Source: an uncultured Planctomycetota bacterium
Lineage (GTDB): Bacteria > Planctomycetota > Planctomycetia > Isosphaerales > Isosphaeraceae
Length of the DNA stretch: 64,000 nucleotides
Direction: 5' to 3'
Assembly: GCA_963823665.1 (NCBI GenBank)
Contig: CAWGMQ010000007.1
Location: forward strand, 512,001 to 576,000
Shown here: in pieces, positions 55,161 through 64,000 of the stretch
Numbering within the stretch: position 1 is the first letter of the stretch
How the letters are laid out: each line of letters starts with the position of its first letter
The notes under the pieces: generated by a model
Told to the model about the DNA's origin: nothing
The model's input: the letters and a program-made list of their open reading frames with translations, nothing else
Databases searched by the model: none
Program-made: the position numbers and the translations under genes

Positions 55161-56333
55161 ATGTCCTGCATCAATCCCTGGCGTTTGATAACCGTGCTGG
55201 CTCTGGGCCTGGGCGTCGTGCACGCCGGCGCAGTCGAGCAGAAGGGGGAAGGACGGCTCAAGCTGGTCCAGGCCGAGCCGCACGACGAGCTTGACAGCGT
55301 GGTCACGGCAACGATCAGCTCCGACGGCAGGTTTCTGTACGCCGCGTCGTGGAAGATCGGCGCGCTCAATGTCTACGCCCGCGATTTGAAGACGGGTCTT
55401 CTTGAAAATAAACAGACGATCGCCGAGCCGGACGACCTCGCAGGCGTGACCGACATCGAGCTGAGCCCGGACGGGAAGATGGCGGTGGCCGTCGCGTTTC
55501 GATCACGGACGGTCACGCTTTACGATCGCAATTCCGATACCGGCGAGCTGAAGCTGGTTGATCTTGTGCGCGATGGTGAAAAGCGTGTGCACTTGAGCTT
55601 TCCGGTCCAGGGGGCGTTCTCGCCCGACTCGCGTTTCGTTGTGGTTCTCGACGACGGGGGAGAAGACGACGGGGCCGTGGTGAGCTTCCGCGTTGGAACA
55701 AACAAAAAGCTCGAGCTGGCGGGGGTCGATAAGGGCAGGGACGGTTGTTACGCCGGCGCCCGCGGTCTGGCCTTCCACCCGAGCGGCAAGACCCTGACGG
55801 TCGCCTCTTACCGCGGCTCGGCTCTCGTTGCGGCTGACTTCGATGCGAAGACGGGAAGCACGCGGGTGCGCCAGGTGGTGCGGGACGGGCAGGGGGGAGC
55901 GCGTGGTCTCGTGGGTGCCTTTGGCGTGGTGGTCAGCCCCGACGCGAAACACGTTTACGTGGTGTCAGGCCGGTTCGGCGGCGACAACGCGGTGAGTGCA
56001 TTCAAGCTGACGGAGGGGGGCGAGCTTGCGTTTATCCAGGAATTTCGTGACGGCGGCGGAGAACTGCAAGGATTCCTGGGGGGCAACCATGTGACTGTCA
56101 GCCCCGACGGTTTGAACGTGTACGCCGCGGCCACTCGCTCCGGCTCGATCGCATCCTTCCGCCGCGACCCGGCGAGCGGCAAACTTACATATCTGGAAAC
56201 CATCCCGGATTGTGGCGAAGGGGGCGAAAACGGCGCGGTGGCTGTCTCCGTCAGTCCGGATAACGCATTCGTCTATGTTGCCACTGAAGACAAGGAGGCG
56301 ATTTCGATCTTCAAGCGGGACGGGGGAAAATGA
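55161..56333 (+). CDS. lactonase-family beta-propeller protein
   Basis: Signal peptide; repeated SPDG..VYV blades. Confidence 0.85.
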   Translation: MSCINPWRLITVLALGLGVVHAGAVEQKGEGRLKLVQAEPHDELDSVVTATISSDGRFLYAASWKIGALNVYARDLKTGLLENKQTIAEPDDLAGVTDIELSPDGKMAVAVAFRSRTVTLYDRNSDTGELKLVDLVRDGEKRVHLSFPVQGAFSPDSRFVVVLDDGGEDDGAVVSFRVGTNKKLELAGVDKGRDGCYAGARGLAFHPSGKTLTVASYRGSALVAADFDAKTGSTRVRQVVRDGQGGARGLVGAFGVVVSPDAKHVYVVSGRFGGDNAVSAFKLTEGGELAFIQEFRDGGGELQGFLGGNHVTVSPDGLNVYAAATRSGSIASFRRDPASGKLTYLETIPDCGEGGENGAVAVSVSPDNAFVYVATEDKEAISIFKRDGGK

Positions 56334-56555
56334 GCGGCGCGAACGTGAATTCTCCGTAGGGTTCGCTATTGCGGACCATCCGGATATGAGCCTTCGGACG
56401 CGGAAAGCCGTGTACTGCCTTCTCGCCGATCCGGCGTGGGCGAGCTAGTCCTGTCAGCGGCGTTCGCATCGCGTGGCTTGACTCGAGTCCGTCTGGACGA
56501 GACGAGATCCCCGATCTTGAACACGGTCTCTTGCTGACGTGATTCGATGACGCAG

Positions 56556-57206
56556 TTAGTCGCATGCACCGCTACAGTTTTGACCCAAGGGTCGCCCGCG
56601 CGTCACCCAGAGCGCCATCCCCTTCCAGGCCCGGTGCTGGTATCCGAAGTCAACCCGCGCGCGGCCGCGCCCGATCACTTCGACGACCTTGCCGTTGATG
56701 GGGGCCGGCAGAAGCATCGACTCCCACTCCTTGGGCACGCGTGGGATACCTGCGGCTGGTCTCTTGCCGTCACCGGAGCGTGCAAAGAAGGTGTTGGAGG
56801 GCCAACCAGGCTCGGGGCCCTCGATATTGACGTAGTCGCAGAAGTTCCTGCCGCGTTCCTTGGGAACAAGGTATAACCGCTCGCCCCAGTGGATTGGAAT
56901 CAGTTCCCCAGGGGCGTCAGGAAAGAACGCCCGACTAACGAGAGAGGTTCGAAGAATAACGTGTCCGCCGACGAGCTTAGCACGTCCATACGCATGGCTC
57001 TCGCCGGTGCACATATGGTATGTGAGCTTGAAACGTCCATCCGAGTCGATTTTCAAACGCTCTCCGGAGAATCCGTCTGAGTAGGAGTATTCGCCAGCCA
57101 GAGTCGCGAGCGACAGCAGAGGCGTGCCGTCCTTCCGGATCGGGTCGTCTGGCTCGCCGAAAAATGCCGTCACAGAGAGTATCGCCGAGAAGATCGCCAT
57201 GTACAT
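56556..57206 (-). CDS. hypothetical secreted protein
   Basis: Signal-like start, PIHWGERLYLV, PRVPKEW motifs. Confidence 0.6.
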   Translation of the reverse strand: MYMAIFSAILSVTAFFGEPDDPIRKDGTPLLSLATLAGEYSYSDGFSGERLKIDSDGRFKLTYHMCTGESHAYGRAKLVGGHVILRTSLVSRAFFPDAPGELIPIHWGERLYLVPKERGRNFCDYVNIEGPEPGWPSNTFFARSGDGKRPAAGIPRVPKEWESMLLPAPINGKVVEVIGRGRARVDFGYQHRAWKGMALWVTRGRPLGQNCSGACD

Positions 57207-57383
57207 CGGACACCTATCTTCCATCAGTGTGATCGACAAGCTTGGCTTGTATTCGCGCCCCGAACTTCGGTCAATTCGAGTTTCTTACAAATGCGGCTGG
57301 TAGAGCCGGCGACACGCGACGGGATGTGCGGCAAGATCACAGTTGTACAAATGGCTAAGCTCGCCGCGATTGAGGTTTTGACT

Positions 57384-57704
57384 ATGCGACTCCCGGCATC
57401 GGATCCCTCCAATCGCCCCGACTCAAGAACTCGTCTCAGCCTGCGAAAGGCGATTGTGATCGTCGCACCGTCGGTGATCGTGATCGTCGGAGTCTGGCTC
57501 GGCAGCGTCGCTGGGCTGATGCTTGTGAACGACCCATTCGAGTCAGGCCTCGTCGTCATGAGTGGTGGATCGGCAGTTGCTGTGACGGCGGCCCTGGTGG
57601 TGAGTCTTCTCATCAACCGGCGGAGCGGACGCGATGTGAGTGCCGTTCGGGATACCGCGGAGTGTCACGCGAAAAGCCCGTTCTACGAGCGCGGAACGTG
57701 CTAA
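57384..57704 (+). CDS. small hypothetical membrane protein
   Basis: Two TM segments. Confidence 0.45.
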   Translation: MRLPASDPSNRPDSRTRLSLRKAIVIVAPSVIVIVGVWLGSVAGLMLVNDPFESGLVVMSGGSAVAVTAALVVSLLINRRSGRDVSAVRDTAECHAKSPFYERGTC

Positions 57705-57961
57705 AGCACGCAGTGATCGTGTAGCGGCGTCTGCGCCGGGACCTAAGTGCTGCTGTTTCACAATTAGCTGTGCGGTTGTGGGACGGTTTTATGGGACGCC
57801 GGCCCGGTCGTGCTGACACCCCGAGCCTCGCGCCGGACCGCACCAGTTTATTGTGAAACGGAGCACTTAGCGTCCGATTCCGACCTGGTCGTCGGTACCG
57901 CCCTCGAGCGCACCGAGCGCGCTCAACGGGGCGACAACTTGGAAAACCGAATTCCATTTTG

Positions 57962-58077
57962 GAACAGAAGGGCGCGAAGGACACGAAGAGTGCACAAATA
58001 CCGAGCCCGATCGGTTGGCGTCCCTCGCCTCCCCTCGGATTCTCTCCGATCTTCGCGCCCTTCGCGATCTTATGTTC
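57962..58077. repeat. 27-bp imperfect inverted repeat pair (22/27 matches)
   Basis: gaacagaagggcgcgaaggacacgaag versus the reverse complement of 58051-58077. Confidence 0.65.
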
Positions 58078-58228
58078 AAGGTTTTCTCCCCCCATGTTCG
58101 AGGTTTCCCCGCACGGCTCGCGAGGGCGAGCGAGATTCGGTCAGCGAGCCGGACCACGTGTACGTTCAACAGCAGGTCGAGCTTGCGTCCCGCCCGCTTA
58201 CCGCTTTGTCCGTGCGGCTCTCTCCTCC

Positions 58229-58339
58229 CTATGTTGAAAGGCTGCTTGCGCCGGCGAGAACGAGGCGCGACATTCCATCGACGAGCTTGATCTCGTGGAA
58301 GTTGAAGAGCAATCCCAGGGGCACGTCCAGCAGTCTCAT
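58229..58339 (-). pseudogene. C-terminal remnant of a GxxExxY protein
   Basis: MRLLDVPLGLLFNFHEIKLVDGMSRLVL. Confidence 0.7.
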
Positions 58340-58687
58340 GCCATCGTGCTGATACCGCCCTTAGGCTCGCACTGGACCGCACAGTTAATTGTGAAATGGA
58401 GCACTAAGCGGCGAGAGAAATCCCCCCAAGTGATGATCCGCGCGGATCACGTTTCTTTACACGCCGGTTTCACGCGGCTGATTTTGCGCCGGGTGTAAGA
58501 TCCCGGTCCCTTCGACCGTATTCACCGCGACGACCGCGCGCCTGTGCCGCACGATAGTTGCTTCCCGACCAGCTCGCCATTCTGGGTCGGGACATGGGAG
58601 CGGCGCCCTCGTTAACATACCTTGACGATGGTCGTCAGACTTGCCGATCGTCCCACCGATCTGACGAGCGCTGAGCGAAGGAGTGCG

Positions 58688-58945
58688 ATGAAAAGGGAAT
58701 CCAGTCGCACGACGCGAGAAGCCATGGGCTGCTTCTTCATGCTCGTCTTCGGGGCGATCATGTGTGTGTGCCTGATGAGAATCGCGGTGGTTGCAATTAG
58801 CCAGCGCGAGGGAACAGGCCAGGCGTCTTGCTGGCCGCTCGATCTCATCTTGGTGGCTGTTCCGTGCGCAGGGATCATCGTGGCCGGCTGGGTCACGTAT
58901 GGATTCAAGGGCGCGTGGGATCTTCTGAAACGCAACCGGAGGTGA
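58688..58945 (+). CDS. small hypothetical membrane protein
   Basis: aggag RBS, two TM segments. Confidence 0.5.
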   Translation: MKRESSRTTREAMGCFFMLVFGAIMCVCLMRIAVVAISQREGTGQASCWPLDLILVAVPCAGIIVAGWVTYGFKGAWDLLKRNRR

Positions 58946-59249
58946 CCACCGGGTTGGGATGGGGGTGGTTTCAGGGGGCAGGGGCACGCATATCAATCTG
59001 CGTGATTTAGACCGGTTCGATCTTGTTCTAAACACCGACGACGGTGTAGAGACCGTGCATCTACGTGAGCGCCGGTGGCGATGCGAGCAGGATCGTTTAC
59101 CGTGCTCGGGCGCATTGCGCACGGCATCGGCAGTGACGGTACAGCAAGCGCCGAACTCGGACCGCAGCGCGAGTGACGGGCGCCTCGCATCCGAATAGAC
59201 TGAGTCCAGAGGGTGGCTGTCCGGCTTCCCCGAACGCCCGAACGGGGTC

Positions 59250-62200
59250 TTACTTGGGGCCGGCGAACGGCTCGGCCGGGAAGGCCAGATCCATCATCAG
59301 CAGCCGGAAGTCGGCGCGAGAGCGCAGCGTGTTGAGAGCATCCTCTGCGCGAAACGTGTCAAGGTTGCGGTGGTCCATCTCGACGGCCCTGCGCAACTGC
59401 GCCATCGCCATCTCGATCTCGCTTGCGGCTCGAGCACCCGAGACGCCCGAGTCAAATTGACCGGCCAGGCCTGCCAGCGCGGCGTGGGCACACGCGGAGA
59501 AGAACCAGGCGTCGCCCGTCCGCGACGGCGTTGCGTCGAACAGTTCCACCGCCCGTCGGATATCGGCCGCGGCGCCAGCGAGCTCCCCGATAGCGTGGCG
59601 GACCAGGCCGCGGTTGAGCAGGTCCTCGGCCAGGCCATCGCGATGATCTGTCATGCTCTTGTCGTTCTCGACAAGGGCCTCGTCACTTGCGACGGCGCGG
59701 TCGGCGTGATGGCGAGCCTCGGACAGACGGCCGAGGCGTCGGAGCACCGCGGAGAGGTTTTTGTCGAGCGCCGCTGCGCCGGCGCGAACGCGAGGTTCCG
59801 GGTTATCCTCAGATAGCTTCCCGTAAAGCGCCTGTGCCGCGCGAAACTCGGCCTCAGCTTCCACCAGTTTGCCGGCCGTCGACAGGAGGAGGCCCAGGCT
59901 GCGTCGGCCATTCGCCAGACTTTCGCGGAACCCGGGGAACTTGGGGTTGCCGTCGGCCAGCTCCCGCGAGAGCGTGATCGAAGCGCGGAACTCGCGCTCC
60001 GACTCCGCCGGCCGGCCTACTTTCGAGAGGTATTCGCCGAGGCTCAGGTGGACGCTGGCCAGGCGGCTCCGGAAAGTAGTTATAGTGGGGTGATCCTCGG
60101 TCAAGTCTCGGTAGAGCGCCACCGCCGCGCGGTATTCGGTCTCGGCCTCCGCCGGCTTGCCCGCGGCCAAGAGCAAGTTGCCGAGGTTGCCGTGACTTAT
60201 CCCCAGGACGCCGCGGAATTCGGTGACAGCGGGGTTGTCGTCGGCCAGCTTCCGCCGGATCGCCAGGGCCTCCCGGTACTCCGCCTCCGCCTCCGCCGGC
60301 CTTCCCGTGCGCCTCAACAGGACTCCCAGGCAGTTGTGGCTCTCCGCCAGATTGTTCTGGAATTCGGTGACAGCGGGGTTATCGTCGGCCAGCTTCCGCC
60401 GGATCACCAACCCATTGCGAATCTCGGCTTCCGCGTCCTTCGATCGGCTCGTCTCCGCCAGTAGGATGCCGAGGTAGTTGTGGCTGTCGGCCAGCCGGGC
60501 GCGGAATTCATTCACGGCGGGGTTGTCGTGGGCAAGCTTCGACCGAATCGCCACGGCCTCCCGGTACTCGGCCTCCGCCTCGGGGACCTTGCTCGTCACA
60601 GATAGCAAGACACCGAGTTCATGATGGCTGATCGCCGCGTTGCTGTGGAATTCGGTGACAGCGGGGTTGTCGTCGGCCAGCTTCCGCCGGATCGCCAGGG
60701 CAGCGCGATGCTCCGCCTCTGCCTCTATCGGCTTGCCTGTCTTGTACAGGAGCACCGCGATCCGGCCGACCGTCAACGCCAGGTCGCGACGTGCATCGTT
60801 CGGGGCCCCGGGCGCGTTGGCCAGGGCCTCCTGGTGGACTCGGGCCAGCCGCAAGGCCACCAGCGCATCGGCTGTTTTCCCTGCCCTGAACAGGAGCGAG
60901 CCCATGCTCGACCGGCAGGCTGCCAGCGCGGCCTCCGCGGCCGGTTCGGGACCCGCTAGACCCGCCAACAACGACTCCGCGCGACGGTAGGCTGCCAGTG
61001 CCGTGTCGATCTTCCCCGTCGCGTCGAGCAGCGCCGCCACCGCGTTGAGGCTCCGGCCGACGTCGACCTTCATCACGGCGTCGGCCCCTGGCTTCGCCGC
61101 GAGCGCCTCCCGCGCCGCCAGCACGCCTCGATGAGTGGCTAGTGCCTCCTCCTTGCGGCCGACCTTGTTCGTCAGTTCGGCCAATTCGAAGTTCGAAGCC
61201 GCGAGCGCTCGCCGCGCGGCCGCATCCGTCTCTTTGCCCAGCAAGGCAGAGAGCTTGCCGTAGAAGTCCGAAGCCGACTTCAGGAGCCGGTTGCGCAGCT
61301 CCTTGAACTGCTCCTCTTTGAGCAGGAAGTCTTCGCTCACGCCGGTGTGGAACGTCTCGATCGCCTCCACTGCCAGGTCGTATCGCGCCTGCATCGCGGC
61401 CTTGGACTTCGCCAGCTCGGCGTTGGCCTGCGTCTGCACTACCGCAACCGCCGCGAGGCCCACCGTCCCGGCCAAGAGCGCCACCGCCGTCGCCGTCACC
61501 GCCGTCCGGTTTCGTTTCGCCCACCGCCGCACTCGCCGCCAAAACGGCTCGCGGTAAGCCGTCACCGGCTCGTCGGCCATCCACCGCTCGACGTCGTCGG
61601 CCAGCGCGGGGCAACCGGCATAGCGGTTCTCCGGCTTGGTCGCCATCGCCTTCACGCAGACGGCCTCCAGGGCCGGATCGATCGTCGGATCAAACTGCCG
61701 CGGTCTGGGGAACTCGCCATGCTGCACGCGACGCAACAACTCGCCGATGTCGTTCCCTTCGTGAGGCGGGTTGCCCGTCAAGAGGCAGTAGAGCGTCGCA
61801 CCGAGACTATACACGTCCGAGGGCGGCCCCAGGCGCTCGAGATCGCCCGCGGCCTGCTCGGGGCTCATGTAGGCCGGCGTGCCCAGGGCGCTGCCAGGGA
61901 GTGTCTCGGAGCTGCCGCTGGCTGAGCTGGGCATGAGCGTCCGCTCTTCGGCACCCGGCGCGGCCCTACCGGTGGGCTTGGCCAGGCCCCAGTCGACGAC
62001 GAGCGTCTCGCCGTGCTTGCCGACGATGATATTCCCGGGCTTGATGTCCCGATGCAATACCCCGCGGCTGTGCGCGTAGTCGATCGCGTTGCAGACGTCC
62101 ATGAAACGTCGCAGCAGCTTGCGCAATTCCAGCGAGCGGCGGCCGGAGTCCTGATTCAAGGTCTCGTCGGCGTGGAAGCGGTCGATGGCTTCCTTGAGGC

Positions 62201-62861
62201 TGTCGCCACGAATGAACCGCATCGCGTAATAGGGCCGGCCGTCGGCGTAGGTGCCCAGGCCGTAGACCGGGACGATGCCCGGGTGCTCCAGCCCGCCTGT
62301 CACCTCGGCCTCGAGCAAGAATCGCTGGCGGCTCGTCGGGTTGTCGGCGTGGCGGTCGAGGATCTGCTTCAACGCGACCTCACGGTTGAGCTCGCCATCG
62401 AGCGCCACGAACACGGCGCCCAGGCCTCCCCGGGCATGCGGGCGCAAGACGCGGAACCGGTGGCCGTCCGAGGTGGCGGTGCCGATGGCGTATGATCCCG
62501 TCCGGTCAACATCGCGGTCATCGGTCGAACCGTGGCCGGAGGGCACATGGCCGAGCGTCGCTCCGATATCTGGGTCGCCGAGGTTCTCCAGGCCCTCGCG
62601 CGTGGATTTGCCAGCCGGGATAGCAGCCAGGCTTTGCTGCACGTCTCCCCCGTGCGCCTCCAGGTGAACCTCGGCTAACCTATCGAGGAGCGCCCGCTTG
62701 GCTCGGTTAAGGTCGCCGCGGGCTTCCAAGTGGTCGGCCAGGCTCCTGGTCTTGTCGAGCGTCCACGCCTGGAAGGCCGCGACAAGCTGGCCCTGATTGA
62801 TCAGGCCGTTCTGGAGGGCGAGCAAACCGAAAAGGAGATGATGGTCAGCGACGGCGTCCAC
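59250..62861 (-). CDS. Ser/Thr protein kinase with TPR repeats
   Basis: HARGGLGAV, VALKQI, HRDIKPGN, DWG, YMSPE; 48-aa repeats ADDNPAVTEF. Confidence 0.95.
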   Translation of the reverse strand: MDAVADHHLLFGLLALQNGLINQGQLVAAFQAWTLDKTRSLADHLEARGDLNRAKRALLDRLAEVHLEAHGGDVQQSLAAIPAGKSTREGLENLGDPDIGATLGHVPSGHGSTDDRDVDRTGSYAIGTATSDGHRFRVLRPHARGGLGAVFVALDGELNREVALKQILDRHADNPTSRQRFLLEAEVTGGLEHPGIVPVYGLGTYADGRPYYAMRFIRGDSLKEAIDRFHADETLNQDSGRRSLELRKLLRRFMDVCNAIDYAHSRGVLHRDIKPGNIIVGKHGETLVVDWGLAKPTGRAAPGAEERTLMPSSASGSSETLPGSALGTPAYMSPEQAAGDLERLGPPSDVYSLGATLYCLLTGNPPHEGNDIGELLRRVQHGEFPRPRQFDPTIDPALEAVCVKAMATKPENRYAGCPALADDVERWMADEPVTAYREPFWRRVRRWAKRNRTAVTATAVALLAGTVGLAAVAVVQTQANAELAKSKAAMQARYDLAVEAIETFHTGVSEDFLLKEEQFKELRNRLLKSASDFYGKLSALLGKETDAAARRALAASNFELAELTNKVGRKEEALATHRGVLAAREALAAKPGADAVMKVDVGRSLNAVAALLDATGKIDTALAAYRRAESLLAGLAGPEPAAEAALAACRSSMGSLLFRAGKTADALVALRLARVHQEALANAPGAPNDARRDLALTVGRIAVLLYKTGKPIEAEAEHRAALAIRRKLADDNPAVTEFHSNAAISHHELGVLLSVTSKVPEAEAEYREAVAIRSKLAHDNPAVNEFRARLADSHNYLGILLAETSRSKDAEAEIRNGLVIRRKLADDNPAVTEFQNNLAESHNCLGVLLRRTGRPAEAEAEYREALAIRRKLADDNPAVTEFRGVLGISHGNLGNLLLAAGKPAEAETEYRAAVALYRDLTEDHPTITTFRSRLASVHLSLGEYLSKVGRPAESEREFRASITLSRELADGNPKFPGFRESLANGRRSLGLLLSTAGKLVEAEAEFRAAQALYGKLSEDNPEPRVRAGAAALDKNLSAVLRRLGRLSEARHHADRAVASDEALVENDKSMTDHRDGLAEDLLNRGLVRHAIGELAGAAADIRRAVELFDATPSRTGDAWFFSACAHAALAGLAGQFDSGVSGARAASEIEMAMAQLRRAVEMDHRNLDTFRAEDALNTLRSRADFRLLMMDLAFPAEPFAGPK

Positions 62862-63159
62862 GGCGGAGTCTCCAAACGACGGTGTCAACCGCGCCACGAC
62901 CGGATCTGGAGTTCAGTCGTCAGGGTGGCGCCCAATGTCAGTATCACGATAGCGTATGCGGACCGTCCAGCCTCCCCGGTCAGCGACCGAAGTCGTTCCC
63001 CGACCGGAGCCGGCCGAAAGCTTGCGCACTGCACGGTCAGAAGCGGCCTCGCCGGGCGAACAAATCGCAAGCCACCGTGTCGATGCCGCGAGGCGTGTGG
63101 TGCTTCCGATCCGATCGCGGGCGTGAGGCTCCAGGCGACGTTAAGACGGCCGCTGCCTG

Positions 63160-63232
63160 CGCGGCATCTGATCAAGGGTTTCTGCCGATCGAGACCAGTA
63201 AGTACGTCATGCTGCTCGATTGCACGGGCCGG
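63160..63232 (+). pseudogene. remnant of an IS200-like/REP-associated tyrosine transposase C-terminus
   Basis: ASDQGFLPIETSKYVMLLDCTGR resembles the SDxGFLP..Y..LLDWTGR motif. Confidence 0.55.
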
Positions 63233-63443
63233 GTGCCAGGCCGACACCGGCGCCGGCGGCCCGATCCCTTGCGAGTTCCCGGTTCATGGCGACTGCGCCC
63301 ATGGATCGAGCCACGGTTCGCGCAAGCTCATCGTTATCAGGAGGTTAGGAAATACGGATGCCACTGGTACTCTCACAGCCTAAACATTTCGCCGAGTAGT
63401 GACGAATAGCTGGGTGGCTCGCCAACTGCCCGCGGAGCTCACC

Positions 63444-64000
63444 ATGTCCACTTCTACGAACGGCGAATCGCAAGGCGCAGACGTCATCTCACGGCCCGCC
63501 GCCCCCGACATCGGACGTACCAGTGCGCCACCGGTGGCGCTGGCCGATGACATCCCGCCCAATATTCGAGCGGCGCTCTACAAGCAAGAACATCGCCTCG
63601 TCCCGGTGATATTCAACCTCTTTAATACGCGCCATCTGCCTAAAGGCGACCCGCGGAGAGCCGGGGCCGTCTATGCCTGCATATATTACTTTTTTTCTCC
63701 GTCGGCGGCGGCAAAGGGCGGGATCGGCCTGGCCGGCATCCTGGGCATTTACCTGGCCTGGCAGGCTAACAATCTTTTGTCAGCCCAGAATCGCATCGTC
63801 GCAGACCAGACGCGCCTTTTGGAGTCGCAGAACGCCAAACTGGACGAGCAGAATCAGCTGATGACGTCTCAGAACAAAAACATCGAGATGCAAACCGGGC
63901 TGATGGAGAGTGCCCGTTGCTCGAATCTGCTTGCGGTTCAGTTACCGCCACTTCTCAATGATGATTCGATCTCCAAAAACCCGGAAAACACCGCCGCCCG
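63444..64000 (+). CDS. 5' part of a membrane protein (possibly pentapeptide-repeat type), frameshifted, runs off the window
   Basis: ggag RBS; TM segment followed by QN-rich heptads. Confidence 0.45.
   Translation, partial: MSTSTNGESQGADVISRPAAPDIGRTSAPPVALADDIPPNIRAALYKQEHRLVPVIFNLFNTRHLPKGDPRRAGAVYACIYYFFSPSAAAKGGIGLAGILGIYLAWQANNLLSAQNRIVADQTRLLESQNAKLDEQNQLMTSQNKNIEMQTGLMESARCSNLLAVQLPPLLNDDSISKNPENTAA

Noticed and set aside
60216..60700. 144-bp periodic repeats as a CRISPR or DNA repeat array
   Set aside because: They are in-frame 48-aa TPR-like coding repeats of the kinase; there are no unique spacers or cas genes.
1..64000. tRNA, rRNA, prophage or integrase genes
   Set aside because: None recognised by eye; a tRNAscan/Infernal run would be needed to exclude small RNAs.

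Overview
GC-rich bacterial DNA with a strong Planctomycetota signature (Isosphaeraceae-like): a PSCyt1/DUF1549/DUF1553 and DUF1501 pair, ECF sigma factors with WD40 repeats or Ser/Thr kinase partners, TPR kinases, a PEP-CTERM protein and a Hint-domain protein. Roughly 20 single-base frameshifts, many at homopolymers, suggest long-read assembly error, so most split genes are probably intact. The main finding is a ~3.4 kb accessory cassette (6006-9396) between the normally adjacent DUF1553 and DUF1501 genes. It carries a retropepsin-like (clan AA) aspartic protease and two progressively deleted copies of it, then a retron-like ncRNA (a 17-bp a1/a2 inverted repeat, a candidate branching G in an AGC context opposite a G, two msr hairpins and an msd hairpin). 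A retron-type reverse transcriptase and a BrnT toxin with an unusual HTH antitoxin follow. The window also contains an ISL3 element inserted into one copy of a tandemly duplicated small gene, three orphan antitoxins whose toxins survive only as 9-17 codon stubs, an intact VapC TA pair, a TetR-DevBCA efflux operon with a clear operator, and several metabolic genes. Family calls come from motif recognition, not database searches.
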